From Nostoc sp. DedSLP01 (GTDB taxonomy: Bacteria > Cyanobacteriota > Cyanobacteriia > Cyanobacteriales > Nostocaceae): a DNA stretch of 64,000 nucleotides. The DNA lies in contig JAVRCJ020000022.1 in NCBI GenBank assembly GCA_034530875.2, positions 67,048-131,047 on the forward strand, in the 5' to 3' direction. Both the position numbers and the translations under genes were made by a program. A model generated the notes under the pieces. The model was not told the origin of the DNA and did no database searches. It saw nothing but the letters and a program-made list of their open reading frames with translations. Of this stretch, positions 20,496 through 30,446 are shown in pieces. The stretch's first letter is position 1. The number at the start of each line of letters is the position of its first letter.

Positions 20496-21203
20496 ATGTC
20501 TCTCAGCACTATATTGTTTGATTTAGATGGAACTTTGACAGATCCCAAACTTGGCATTACTCGCTGCATTCAGTTTGCTTTATCTGAACTTGGTTACAAG
20601 CCACCTGATGCTGATGAATTACACTGGTGTATTGGCCCTCCAATCAAAGAAAGCTTTTCGCTGCTATTAAATACTTCAGATGATGCAGTTTTAGAACAGG
20701 CTATTTCACTCTATCGTAGTCGCTTTGCCACAGTTGGATTATTTGAAAATGTACTTTATCCTCAAATTTTAGAAACTTTAGATGCTATTTGTTTTGCTGG
20801 TTATAAAACCTTTATAGCAACTTCTAAACCGCATATTTATGCTAAACAAATTGCTAAACATTTTGGCTTGTCGTCGCTTTTCGATGGTATATATGGTAGC
20901 GAATTTGACGGAACGCGGAGTGTGAAATCTGACTTAATTCATCACATCTTGCTAACAGAAAATCTTTCACCTGCGACTGTGGTGATGATAGGCGATCGCT
21001 ACCACGATATAATCGGAGCCAAAAATAATAATGTGACTGCAATTGGTGTCACCTACGGTTACGGAACTGAGGAAGAGTTAAAGACTCACGGTGCTGATTT
21101 TATTGTTCATAGTCCAGATGAAATTATCAAATTGCTGGTTCATGGCAATGAACTAAGCCTAGAGACTGATGTGACATTGCCAGGGATTTGTTCCTTCATT
21201 TAA
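20496..21203 (+). CDS. HAD-superfamily hydrolase (phosphoglycolate phosphatase/5'-nucleotidase-like)
   Basis: FDLDGTLTD, ATSK, MIGDRYHDIIGA. Confidence 0.9.
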   Translation: MSLSTILFDLDGTLTDPKLGITRCIQFALSELGYKPPDADELHWCIGPPIKESFSLLLNTSDDAVLEQAISLYRSRFATVGLFENVLYPQILETLDAICFAGYKTFIATSKPHIYAKQIAKHFGLSSLFDGIYGSEFDGTRSVKSDLIHHILLTENLSPATVVMIGDRYHDIIGAKNNNVTAIGVTYGYGTEEELKTHGADFIVHSPDEIIKLLVHGNELSLETDVTLPGICSFI

Positions 21204-22528
21204 CTGGGAACTTGTAACAGCCATCCCAAAAGACTTTGTAATAGCAGCCAACCATTTAAACCAACGATAACAAGAGCAACTAACCAAGCTAAAGACTTGA
21301 GCCATAACGGATTAACAAACTCACCCATCAAGCGACGATTACTAGTAAACATCACTAAGGGAATCACTGCAAACGGTAACTGCAAACTGAGGATAACTTG
21401 ACTCAAAACGATGAGGCTGCTTGTACTACGTTCCCCAAAGATAATAATTGTAATCAACGCTGGAATGATAGCCAAAAGACGGGTAGCTAAACGCCGCAAC
21501 CAAGAGGGAAAGCGAAATTGCAAAAAGCCTTCCATCACAATTTGTCCAGCTAAGGTTGCAGTCAGTGTTGAACTTTGGCCGGAAGCAAGTAAGGCGATAC
21601 CAAAAATAGCACTGGCAGCACTAACGCCTAACAATGGTGAAAGCAGTTTGTAAGCATCTTGAATTTCTGCCACATTCTGATTGCCAGAAAAATGAAACGT
21701 TGCGGCAGAAACAATTAAAATGGCTGAGTTGATAAATAGTGCCAACGACAGAGCAAAGGTTGAATCAATTGTGCCAAACTTAATTGCTTCCCATCTTTTT
21801 TCATTAGTAGGTTGCCAATCACGGGTTTGCACAATAGAGGAGTGTAAATATAAGTTGTGAGGCATGACTGTTGCGCCTAAAATGCCAATGGCAATGTAGA
21901 GCATTTCTGGATTTTGTAAAATTTCTTTCTTGGGCAGATATCCTAACAAAATCCCACCCATATCAGGACGAGAGAACACTATTTCTGCTGTGAAACATAA
22001 GCCGATAGTTGCTACCAACATTATTACCAGAGCTTCTGTATAGCGAAAGCCTTTTTGCTGCAAGAATAGCAATACCAAAACATCCAGCGCGGTGATGCAA
22101 ACACCCCATACTAAGGGAATGCCGAATAAAAGTTGCAATGCGATCGCACTTCCTAATAATTCTGCCAAGTCACAAGCTGCGATCGCAATCTCACACAGTA
22201 CCCACAAACAAAAACTTACCTTTGGACTAAAATAGTCTCGACAAGCCTGTGCCAAATCTCGCCCTGTAGCAACACCCAAACGCACGCATAGCGATTGCAG
22301 CAAGATTGCCATGAGGTTCGACAGCAGAATAACTGTTAATAGGGTGTAGCCAAACTTAGCTCCCCCAGCGATGTCTGTAGCCCAGTTTCCAGGATCCATA
22401 TATCCCACTGAAACCAGATATCCCGGCCCTCCATAAGCCAGCATTTTGCGCCAAAAGCTCTTGGTGTTGGGGACTCTGATGCTGCGATGAACCTCTGGTA
22501 AGCTGGGTTTATTGTTTGGGATAGTCAT
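21200..22528 (-). CDS. mntH: NRAMP-family Mn2+ transporter
   Basis: YMDPGNW and GATVMPHNLYLHS. Confidence 0.95.
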   Translation of the reverse strand: MTIPNNKPSLPEVHRSIRVPNTKSFWRKMLAYGGPGYLVSVGYMDPGNWATDIAGGAKFGYTLLTVILLSNLMAILLQSLCVRLGVATGRDLAQACRDYFSPKVSFCLWVLCEIAIAACDLAELLGSAIALQLLFGIPLVWGVCITALDVLVLLFLQQKGFRYTEALVIMLVATIGLCFTAEIVFSRPDMGGILLGYLPKKEILQNPEMLYIAIGILGATVMPHNLYLHSSIVQTRDWQPTNEKRWEAIKFGTIDSTFALSLALFINSAILIVSAATFHFSGNQNVAEIQDAYKLLSPLLGVSAASAIFGIALLASGQSSTLTATLAGQIVMEGFLQFRFPSWLRRLATRLLAIIPALITIIIFGERSTSSLIVLSQVILSLQLPFAVIPLVMFTSNRRLMGEFVNPLWLKSLAWLVALVIVGLNGWLLLQSLLGWLLQVPS

Positions 22529-22542
22529 CTATTCTGCCGAAA

Positions 22543-22561
22543 TTTTCATAATCTTCTCATA
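22543..22561 (-). promoter_or_regulatory. ManR-type TATGA direct-repeat box upstream of mntH
   Basis: Minus strand TATGAGAAGATTATGAAAA: two TATGA repeats 11 bp apart, resembling the cyanobacterial ManR site. Confidence 0.7.
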
Positions 22562-22924
22562 ATTTCTAAAAATTTGGCATAAATATCAATATCCTTAATA
22601 TAGATATTCATATATGCATATAGGCATAAAAAAGAATGCGATCGCTCTAGTAGTCTGGCAACCCAAAAATGTTAGATAGAGGTTGGGTAAAGGTTAAAGG
22701 GGGAAAGGTGGAAAGGTTTAGTATTTTCCTTTCCCCACCTGTTGCAAAAGTGTTTTTTGTCTCTTACTCCATGACTTGCGCTCACAAGGAACAATGAAAA
22801 TTTTTTTCCCTATTCCCCACTCCCCATTCCCTACTCCCTATTTTCAAGGCAGTCTTATTTACTTAGCACCACGCTGTAATAGTAGCCCATACTAAAAGTT
22901 GTAACTCAATTCAGGTTTTACAAA

Positions 22925-23872
22925 ATGAGTCAAATTCGTGCTGTTGTTGTAGATCCTAATGTATCAGGACGTTTAGCATTGCATGATGTCGATGCACCTC
23001 AACCGGCTCCTAGCGAAGCTGTGATTCGGGTATCAGCAATTTCTCTGAATCGAGGAGAAGTCAGACGTTCTACCACGGCCGACGCTGGTTGGCGACCAGG
23101 TTGGGATTTAACAGGTGTTGTAGAAACTGCTGCTGCTGATGGTTCTGGCCCTGCTGTCGGTACGCAAGTCGTCGGTTTAGTTCGTTCTGGTGCGTGGGCG
23201 GAATTAGTACCAGTACCAACTCACTCACTAGCTGAATTGCCCTCGTCAGTTTCTTTTGCTCAAGCTGCTACGTTACCCGTAGCAGGTTTAACTGCCTATC
23301 ATGCCCTACTCAAAGGTGGCTCACTTTTAGGCCGTTCGATATTAATTACAGGTGCATCCGGTGGTGTGGGTCACTTCGCCATTCAATTAGCACAACTTAG
23401 TGGGGCGCAGATAACAGCCCACATTCGCCGTCCAGAAAACGAAAGTTTTGTTAAAGAAGCTGGCGCTCATTTTGTAGTCATTGGTGAGGATCTTTCGCCA
23501 GCTAAAGAATACGGCCCCTATCATTTAATTGTCGAATCAGTTGGTGGAAACACTCTTGGAACAGCCTTTAATTTGTTGGCAGAAGATGGAACTATAGTTC
23601 TGTTTGGTACTTCCAGTGGAAATGAGGTAACATTCAACGCACAGCCCTTCTACGCAGTTGGTGGTGCAAGTTTGTATGGTCTGATATTGTTCCACGAACT
23701 AAGACGAGAATCAGCAGCAGTAGGCTTAAAAAGGCTATTAAGTTTAGTAGAAGCAGGTCAATTGCGTCCTGTTATTGATATTGAAGCTGATTGGACACAA
23801 ATAGCTGATGTCGCACAGAAGTTGTTAAATAGAAGCTACCTTGGTAAAGCAGTGTTACACCTCTCCAAATAG
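22925..23872 (+). CDS. MDR-family (quinone oxidoreductase-like, Zn-free) dehydrogenase
   Basis: AATLPVAGLTA, ITGASGGVG, GKAVL. Confidence 0.85.
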   Translation: MSQIRAVVVDPNVSGRLALHDVDAPQPAPSEAVIRVSAISLNRGEVRRSTTADAGWRPGWDLTGVVETAAADGSGPAVGTQVVGLVRSGAWAELVPVPTHSLAELPSSVSFAQAATLPVAGLTAYHALLKGGSLLGRSILITGASGGVGHFAIQLAQLSGAQITAHIRRPENESFVKEAGAHFVVIGEDLSPAKEYGPYHLIVESVGGNTLGTAFNLLAEDGTIVLFGTSSGNEVTFNAQPFYAVGGASLYGLILFHELRRESAAVGLKRLLSLVEAGQLRPVIDIEADWTQIADVAQKLLNRSYLGKAVLHLSK

Positions 23873-24366
23873 CTGATTTCTCGAATTTTTTGTCAATTGA
23901 TTTACATTTTGCACTAGGCAATTTTCGCGCTTAGTGCTTTTAAATTTTTATTTCATAAATTAGTTTTATCGTTTTAAAAATCAAGAGTATTTGCTTTGAT
24001 ACGAAACAAACAATAATATTAAATTTAGAAGCTAATAAGCTTAACTGTTGAAGGGAAAAATACATCTTTAATGAATAGCGATCGCTTAAATTATTTTCTC
24101 AAATAATTGTATTGAAGTATTGCAAAGAAAGATTATAAATTAGGGAATTGATACGTTAATTATTGTAATATTTATGAGTTACCCAAAGACATTTGATAGC
24201 AATATTACAGCTTTACAGTTGAGATGAATAGCTAGGAAAAAATCATCACTTTTATTTATGCTCATACTAAATAATAGTATTTGATTTTCGACATTGATTG
24301 GTATTAAGGTAAAACCAAAGTTAATTGAAAGCAAAAAACAATACCGAATTCCAGAGGAATCAAGTT

Positions 24367-25011
24367 ATGAAAAAACCAAACTCAAAAAAAGTAGCTTCTT
24401 GGCTTTTAAGCATTGTATTTTTGGGATTTTTGACAGTATTTTCTCTTTTCGAGCAGCCTTATGCTTTAGCTCAAACAGAGACACCACCCGCACCAACAGA
24501 ATCTACACCGGCTCCGATAGTAGCTCCTGCTCCTGTGATACCTCCAACACCATGGCCAGTAAATAGCGTAGCTGCAAATGTTCAACGCCTATTAACAACC
24601 AATGAATGCGTTGGATGCTACTTAGTTGAAGCACAATTGGAAAGAGCAAATCTACAAGGAGCTAATTTAGCGGGTGCAAACCTGCTAAAAGCAGAGTTAG
24701 AACACGCGAATCTACAAGGAACCAACCTTTCATCAGCTAATTTACAAGCAGTAGATTTAAGCAAAGCAAATATAGCTGGAGCAAATCTGCAAGGGGCAAA
24801 TTTATATGATGCAGATTTAGAAGCAGCAAACCTGCTAGGCGCTGATTTGCAAGGAGCAAATTTACAAAAAGCGGATTTACAGAAAACAAATCTGATGAGT
24901 GCCAACATCCAAGGTGCAAACTTGCTAGGGGCTGATTTGGAAGATGCAGTACTACCGCAAGCAATGATGAATCTATATCAATCTCAATATCCATATCAAC
25001 CATATCAATAA
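24367..25011 (+). CDS. Pentapeptide-repeat protein with signal peptide and Pro-rich linker
   Basis: A(N/D)Lxx repeats, LLTTNECVGCYL cap, hydrophobic N-terminus. Confidence 0.9.
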   Translation: MKKPNSKKVASWLLSIVFLGFLTVFSLFEQPYALAQTETPPAPTESTPAPIVAPAPVIPPTPWPVNSVAANVQRLLTTNECVGCYLVEAQLERANLQGANLAGANLLKAELEHANLQGTNLSSANLQAVDLSKANIAGANLQGANLYDADLEAANLLGADLQGANLQKADLQKTNLMSANIQGANLLGADLEDAVLPQAMMNLYQSQYPYQPYQ

Positions 25012-25044
25012 TTCCAAGCATGAAGCTATGTGAATAGATATGTC

Positions 25045-25075
25045 AGCTAGGGAGCAATCCCTAGCTTATTTTTAT
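25045..25075. terminator. Intrinsic terminator between convergent genes
   Basis: AGCTAGGGA-GCAA-TCCCTAGCT followed by a T-rich run. Confidence 0.7.
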
Positions 25076-25082
25076 TAAACTT

Positions 25083-26087
25083 TTAAAGATTAAAAGTAAA
25101 ATTTAGGGCAGCAGCAATTTTTACAAAAACTTCTCTTGCTGGTGAAGCGTATTCACTAATAGCAATAGGATTTCCACTATCTCCACCGCTACAAATATGA
25201 GGATCTATAGGAATTTGTCCCAACAAAGGCGCTTGTAATTCTTTAGCTAATTGTTCGCCGCCACCACTGCCAAAAATCGGGTTACGCGAACCACAATCAC
25301 CGCAGATTAAGTAACTCATATTTTCAACAATACCAAGGACAGGAACGCCTACTTGGCGAAACATATAAATATTACGTCGGACATCTGCGACAGCTACTTG
25401 TTGAGGAGTTGTTACCAGAATTACTCCACAAATTGGGCTTTCTTGGATAATTGTAATTTGAGCATCACCTGTACCAGGAGGTAAATCTATTAATAAATAA
25501 TCTAATTCTCCCCATGCCACATCTTGTAAAAATTGCGTGATAATTTTATGTAAAACAGGGCCTCGCCATGCCAAAGGACGATTTGCTTCGGCAAGTAAAC
25601 CAACTGACATCAGTTTTATTCCCTGGACTTCTAGAGGTAAAAATTTATCCCCTGTCGGAGTATTAATAACTTCAATATCAGCTTGTCCCAAACCTAGCAT
25701 TTGCGGAAGATTAGGCCCATAAACATCAGCATCTAATAATCCAACTTTTGCACCTTGTAGTTTTAAAGCCACGGCTATATTTACGGCTGTTGTTGATTTA
25801 CCTACGCCACCTTTACCGCTAGAAATTGCTAGTGTTATTTTCACACCAGGAATTGTACAAATTTGAATATAAGTTTTTTTGCACCAAGTTAGAGATGATA
25901 ATTTAGATTGAATTTCTGGCTGTAATTGCTCCTGATGAGAACCAATATATAAACGCAAGTAAACATAGTCATCAACTATACGGAGATTTCGCACCATTCC
26001 TAAACTAACGATGTCATTCTTTAAGGTAGGTTCGATAATTTGTTTGAGTAATTGAACGACTTCTTGCTGACGAGAATCTGATTGCAC
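25083..26087 (-). CDS. Mrp/ApbC/NBP35 Fe-S cluster carrier ATPase
   Basis: SGKGGVGKST, DADVYGP, DLPPGTGD, ENMSYLICGDC. Confidence 0.92.
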   Translation of the reverse strand: MQSDSRQQEVVQLLKQIIEPTLKNDIVSLGMVRNLRIVDDYVYLRLYIGSHQEQLQPEIQSKLSSLTWCKKTYIQICTIPGVKITLAISSGKGGVGKSTTAVNIAVALKLQGAKVGLLDADVYGPNLPQMLGLGQADIEVINTPTGDKFLPLEVQGIKLMSVGLLAEANRPLAWRGPVLHKIITQFLQDVAWGELDYLLIDLPPGTGDAQITIIQESPICGVILVTTPQQVAVADVRRNIYMFRQVGVPVLGIVENMSYLICGDCGSRNPIFGSGGGEQLAKELQAPLLGQIPIDPHICSGGDSGNPIAISEYASPAREVFVKIAAALNFTFNL

Positions 26088-26142
26088 GTTGTTTATAGCT
26101 CTTGTTTAAATATTCTTTAAAATCTGTTTTATCTAAAGTTAT

Positions 26143-27120
26143 TTACTGCTTTTTTGACACTATTTTATCTGTTTTAATCTTGTGAATTGCTCGTTGTGCT
26201 TGAATAGCAACCTCCCTATCAGGGTCATCTAAAGCTTGTTGCAGAGGATTAATAACATCAGGATGTGCTAAATTACCAAGGGCAATTACTGTTTCTTTAC
26301 GAACATCTGCATATTCATCTGTTAATGCTTGAATTAATTTCGGCATCACTTGTATATCTGGAATTTTTTGCAAAGCTTGTGCTACTGATTTTCGTACTTG
26401 CCAATGTTCGTCATTTATAGCTATTTCTAATACTGAAATTGCTTGATGATTTTCATGAATAGCCAGAGATTTGGCAGCATTACGACGCACTTGCCAGTCA
26501 GTATCGTTTGTGAGTGCTTGAGAAAGTATGCCAATCACTTCTGTATCTTGTAAATGTCCTAAAGTTAAAGCAGTAGCACGACGCACGGCTGCTGATTCAT
26601 CAAAGATTAAATTCAAAGCTTGGGGACATTTTTCTATTTGATTTATATATCGAATTGTAATCACTGCTGCTTCTCTTAATTCAGCCTTATCTGAGTCTAA
26701 AAATGGTAGAATATATGGTAAAGATTGAATGTCATGTATTTTTCGTAGCAATACTAAGATATTTAATTGTGTATTGAAATTATTAGTTTGCAATTTATCT
26801 AATAGCAGTAGCAAATGGTCTTGGCTAACCAACTCATTTAAAGCAGAAGCAGCTTCAGCACGAATATCTGTATCTGGCGAACTAAAGCATTCAATTAAAG
26901 CAGGAATTGCTACAGGATCGGCAATTTCCCAAAGAGCAGATATCGCTATTTTCTGAACAGCAGTGTGTTCATCTTTTAAAGCAATAATTAATGCGTCTAC
27001 TGTTTCATCATCGCCAAGATGCTGTAAGGTTTTAACTGCTACTAAACGGTCATTTACATCAGGCGATCGCAGCATTTCTAGCCATTGATTTAATTCTGAA
27101 TTAGTACTATTTATAGACAT
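26143..27120 (-). CDS. HEAT-repeat (PBS lyase-like) protein
   Basis: Repeated L.D....VR..AA.AL. Confidence 0.9.
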   Translation of the reverse strand: MSINSTNSELNQWLEMLRSPDVNDRLVAVKTLQHLGDDETVDALIIALKDEHTAVQKIAISALWEIADPVAIPALIECFSSPDTDIRAEAASALNELVSQDHLLLLLDKLQTNNFNTQLNILVLLRKIHDIQSLPYILPFLDSDKAELREAAVITIRYINQIEKCPQALNLIFDESAAVRRATALTLGHLQDTEVIGILSQALTNDTDWQVRRNAAKSLAIHENHQAISVLEIAINDEHWQVRKSVAQALQKIPDIQVMPKLIQALTDEYADVRKETVIALGNLAHPDVINPLQQALDDPDREVAIQAQRAIHKIKTDKIVSKKQ

Positions 27121-27197
27121 TTTTAATGCTATTGGTAGAAGAAATTGGAAGCAAGCTAAAGAATTTTTGTTACAAGCTAGTTAGTCAGCTTATACAA

Positions 27198-27425
27198 CTA
27201 CCGCAACAAAAAAGGAATTTGTACCGTAATTGCATTGGTAGGACATTCTTTTTCACAAGGCAAGCAAAACCAACACTCATCATATTTCATATACGCTTTC
27301 CCTGTTTCTGGATTTTTTGCCAACACATCTAACGGACAAACTTCAATACAAGCAGTGCATTTTTCTAAACATTTAGATTCATCAACTATGACAGGAACAT
27401 CTATTCTTTGATTGATTAAAGCCAT
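27198..27425 (-). CDS. 2[4Fe-4S] ferredoxin (AprB/AsfB-like)
   Basis: CLEKCTACIEVCP and ECWFCLPCEKECP. Confidence 0.9.
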   Translation of the reverse strand: MALINQRIDVPVIVDESKCLEKCTACIEVCPLDVLAKNPETGKAYMKYDECWFCLPCEKECPTNAITVQIPFLLR

Positions 27426-27444
27426 AAAAATACTCCAATTGTAA

Positions 27445-27954
27445 CTAAGCTGTTAAGCGGTATAATAAATGCGGTAAATTTGCGTGGATAATATCACGCT
27501 GGTATTTAAATCCCAACTTTTCCATAACCCTTTGCGAAGCTTGGTTTGTTGTGAGAGTAAAGCAAATGACTTCTGATATATTTAGTAACTCAAAACCAAC
27601 TTGGAGAATTTTTTCGCCCATTTCTGTAGCTAATCCTTGACCCCAAAATTTAGCTATTAAAGCATAAGCTAATTCCACCTCTTCTTTCCCATCTACATAA
27701 GTGTTCCGAAGACCAGCACGACCAACAAACTGACGATTACTTTTATCTCGAAATACCCATAAACCAAAGCCATACTGCTGCCAATGATGCAAATTATTGA
27801 AAATAAATAGTCGTGTTGCTTCATCAGAACGAATACCGCCTAAAGTAGCCATAACTTCTCTATTTTGGTGCATACGGTAAAGTTCATTCAAATGTTGAAA
27901 ACGCAGACGTTCAGCAAACAAGCGGGGTGTAGAAAAGGTTTCGATTAACTCCAT
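27445..27954 (-). CDS. GNAT N-acetyltransferase (RimJ/RimL-like)
   Basis: FWGQGLATE, NQASQRVMEKLGF. Confidence 0.88.
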   Translation of the reverse strand: MELIETFSTPRLFAERLRFQHLNELYRMHQNREVMATLGGIRSDEATRLFIFNNLHHWQQYGFGLWVFRDKSNRQFVGRAGLRNTYVDGKEEVELAYALIAKFWGQGLATEMGEKILQVGFELLNISEVICFTLTTNQASQRVMEKLGFKYQRDIIHANLPHLLYRLTA

Positions 27955-27961
27955 ATTTTTA

Positions 27962-28423
27962 CTAAACTAATTGTTTATAAAAAGCTAAAGACTGTTTAAT
28001 GTTGGTATAGCCAATTTTTTCATAAAATAAATGTGCCTCCTTCCGTCTAAGGCTAGAACGTAACATCACACCTTCACATCCAGCCAGAGAAGCCCATTCT
28101 TCAATCTGCTGCATTAAAATACGTCCAATTCCACTACAACGATAATTTTTATCGACAACTAACCCCAAAAGAATTGCTTGAGTTGGAACAATAAATAAAT
28201 CGCTAATATGAGCGTGCGCCCAACCAATTACATATTCATTCGCTAAAGTTGCAACATAAACAATATGACTATTGTCATGATGAATTTTAGTAAGTCGTTC
28301 TTCTATTTGTTGGTTTGTAACATCGTATTCAAGCTGTTCAGAAAGATTAGCAATTCTTTCTGTATCTCTTAGTTCAGCTTCTCTAATTTTAATTTGCTCG
28401 ACTACAGCAACTTTATCTGTCAT
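27962..28423 (-). CDS. GNAT N-acetyltransferase
   Basis: LVVDKNYRCSGIGRIL, AHLFYEKIGY. Confidence 0.88.
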   Translation of the reverse strand: MTDKVAVVEQIKIREAELRDTERIANLSEQLEYDVTNQQIEERLTKIHHDNSHIVYVATLANEYVIGWAHAHISDLFIVPTQAILLGLVVDKNYRCSGIGRILMQQIEEWASLAGCEGVMLRSSLRRKEAHLFYEKIGYTNIKQSLAFYKQLV

Positions 28424-28440
28424 AACTTTAAATTAATAGT

Positions 28441-29223
28441 TTAATTATCCAAGGTTGCGCGGATAAAACGATAGCCTAAATCAACCTCTGTCAAATTCTG
28501 GATATCACCATATTTTTTAGCCCATTGTCCACTACTTAAATCTGCTGCTAATAAATGTAATCCTTCTTTTACTAAATCTTGATTTGCTAATGCAAAAGAT
28601 GATATTCCAGCACGTACTTCTGGCTGAAGATATAACTCTGGTCGTTTCCAGGCTGCTGCTGCGAATAAATCAGATAAGTCATCTGATAATAAAAGGGGTA
28701 TTGCTTCCACACGCTTTTTAGTATTATTCTCAATTAAATTAATTTGTTCGTTAAGGGGTAAAAATTGTAAAGCATCTTCCCACAAAAATGGGAAATAATC
28801 ATAAAGCCATATCTTCTGAGCAAATCTAATATCAAAACTTAGCAAAACTATTGTCCCATCTCGAATAACTCGTTGCATTTCTTGAAAAGCTTTTTCGAGA
28901 TGACTAAAATGATGAATTGCCAGGATACTGACAACGCCATCAACAGACTTATTCGGTAGAGGTAAATTTTCTGCATAGCCAGTAAACCACTTCACTCGCG
29001 GATGTTCTACTGCTTGTTTTTGCATCACTACAGAAGGTTCAACAGCACGAACAAAAAATCCTTGGTTGGCTAAACTTAAACTATAACTTCCAGTACCAGC
29101 GCCAATATCAGCGATAATGCTACCTTTGGGTAAATTGAGTAAATTAATTAATTGGTTGACAATGCGGATATCAGGAACCCGAGTTTTTGAATATTGTTGA
29201 CCAATTGAGTTATAAATAGGCAT
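28441..29223 (-). CDS. Class I SAM-dependent methyltransferase
   Basis: ADIGAGTGSY, AVEPS, AENLPL. Confidence 0.88.
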   Translation of the reverse strand: MPIYNSIGQQYSKTRVPDIRIVNQLINLLNLPKGSIIADIGAGTGSYSLSLANQGFFVRAVEPSVVMQKQAVEHPRVKWFTGYAENLPLPNKSVDGVVSILAIHHFSHLEKAFQEMQRVIRDGTIVLLSFDIRFAQKIWLYDYFPFLWEDALQFLPLNEQINLIENNTKKRVEAIPLLLSDDLSDLFAAAAWKRPELYLQPEVRAGISSFALANQDLVKEGLHLLAADLSSGQWAKKYGDIQNLTEVDLGYRFIRATLDN

Positions 29224-29246
29224 TTTTATATAAGAAAAATATTATT

Positions 29247-30410
29247 TTAAGTTGAATATTTACCATTTATATCTATATAACCTTCTGAAAGGTCGCAACC
29301 CCATACAGTTGCAGCAGCTTCACCAATATTGAGACTGACATGAATATTTACTTTTTCTTTGGACATAATTGTTTTTAACTGGTCAAGTTTTTCCTCAGAA
29401 GTAGCATCAGGATAAACTTGAATATCATCAAATCTAATTTGCACTTTCTCTTGATTTATCTCTTTGTCTTGTTCGCATTTGCCTATAGCCATAGCTACTC
29501 TTCCCCAGTTAGGATCGGCTCCATAAATAGCAGTTTTTACCAAAGGAGAATTCACAATTGCTTTGGCAACTCGTTTCGCTTGTGTGTAGTTGATAGCGGA
29601 ATCTACAGTAACTTCAATAACTTTAGTAGCGCCTTCTCCATCTCGTGCGATTTTCAGCACTAATTCATGGGCAATTTCTTGCAAAGCCTGACTAAATTCT
29701 TGTTGTGAAACTTCCCCAGCTAAACCATTGGCAAGAATCACAGCAGAATCACTTGTAGAAGTATCGGTGTCTATGCTCAAGCAGTTAAAAGTTTTATCTA
29801 TAATAGGTCGAAAAATAGCAGGTAGTACATCTTTTGGAATGGCTGCATCGGTGAAAAAGAAAGCTAAAAGTGTTGCCATATTAGGCTCAATCATGCCAAC
29901 ACCTTTAGCAATTCCGATTAACTTGGCATTGCCAATTTGCCGCGCAGCTAATTTAGGTACGCTGTCAGTTGTCATAATACCTACTGCTGCTTTTTCAAAA
30001 TCAGCAGTATTTAATTTTTTTCCAATACCTAATAAACCATCTCGGATTTTTTCTATCGGGTAACGTCTTCCAATAACACCTGTGGATGCTATGACAATAT
30101 CTTGAGCAGCTATTCCAGTTTCAGTGGCAACGAGTTGAATAATTTCTTCTGCATCAGCAAAACCAATAGCACCGTTAGCAACATTGGCATTTTTAGATAT
30201 GACTATAATGCCTTGGGCTTGAGTATCTTTTAAATTTCGGCGGCTGATAGTCACACTCGGCCCTGCAAATAGGCTTTGAGTAAATACGCCATCAGCAACA
30301 CATGGAACTTCTGATTTAACCAAAACGAAATCATCAGTATTATCTTTAATACCTAAGTTGGTAATAAAACTGCTAAATCCTTTGGGTACATCAGAAGTAG
30401 TTAGTTGCAT
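29247..30410 (-). CDS. argJ: Ornithine acetyltransferase (ArgJ family, Oat2-like paralog)
   Basis: ASTGVIG, IMTTD, KGVGMIEPNMATLL (autocleavage site), DTSTSD, DPNWGR. Confidence 0.9.
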   Translation of the reverse strand: MQLTTSDVPKGFSSFITNLGIKDNTDDFVLVKSEVPCVADGVFTQSLFAGPSVTISRRNLKDTQAQGIIVISKNANVANGAIGFADAEEIIQLVATETGIAAQDIVIASTGVIGRRYPIEKIRDGLLGIGKKLNTADFEKAAVGIMTTDSVPKLAARQIGNAKLIGIAKGVGMIEPNMATLLAFFFTDAAIPKDVLPAIFRPIIDKTFNCLSIDTDTSTSDSAVILANGLAGEVSQQEFSQALQEIAHELVLKIARDGEGATKVIEVTVDSAINYTQAKRVAKAIVNSPLVKTAIYGADPNWGRVAMAIGKCEQDKEINQEKVQIRFDDIQVYPDATSEEKLDQLKTIMSKEKVNIHVSLNIGEAAATVWGCDLSEGYIDINGKYST

Positions 30411-30446
30411 TTTTTACTAAGTTAATACTTTGAGCATTTGAATATT

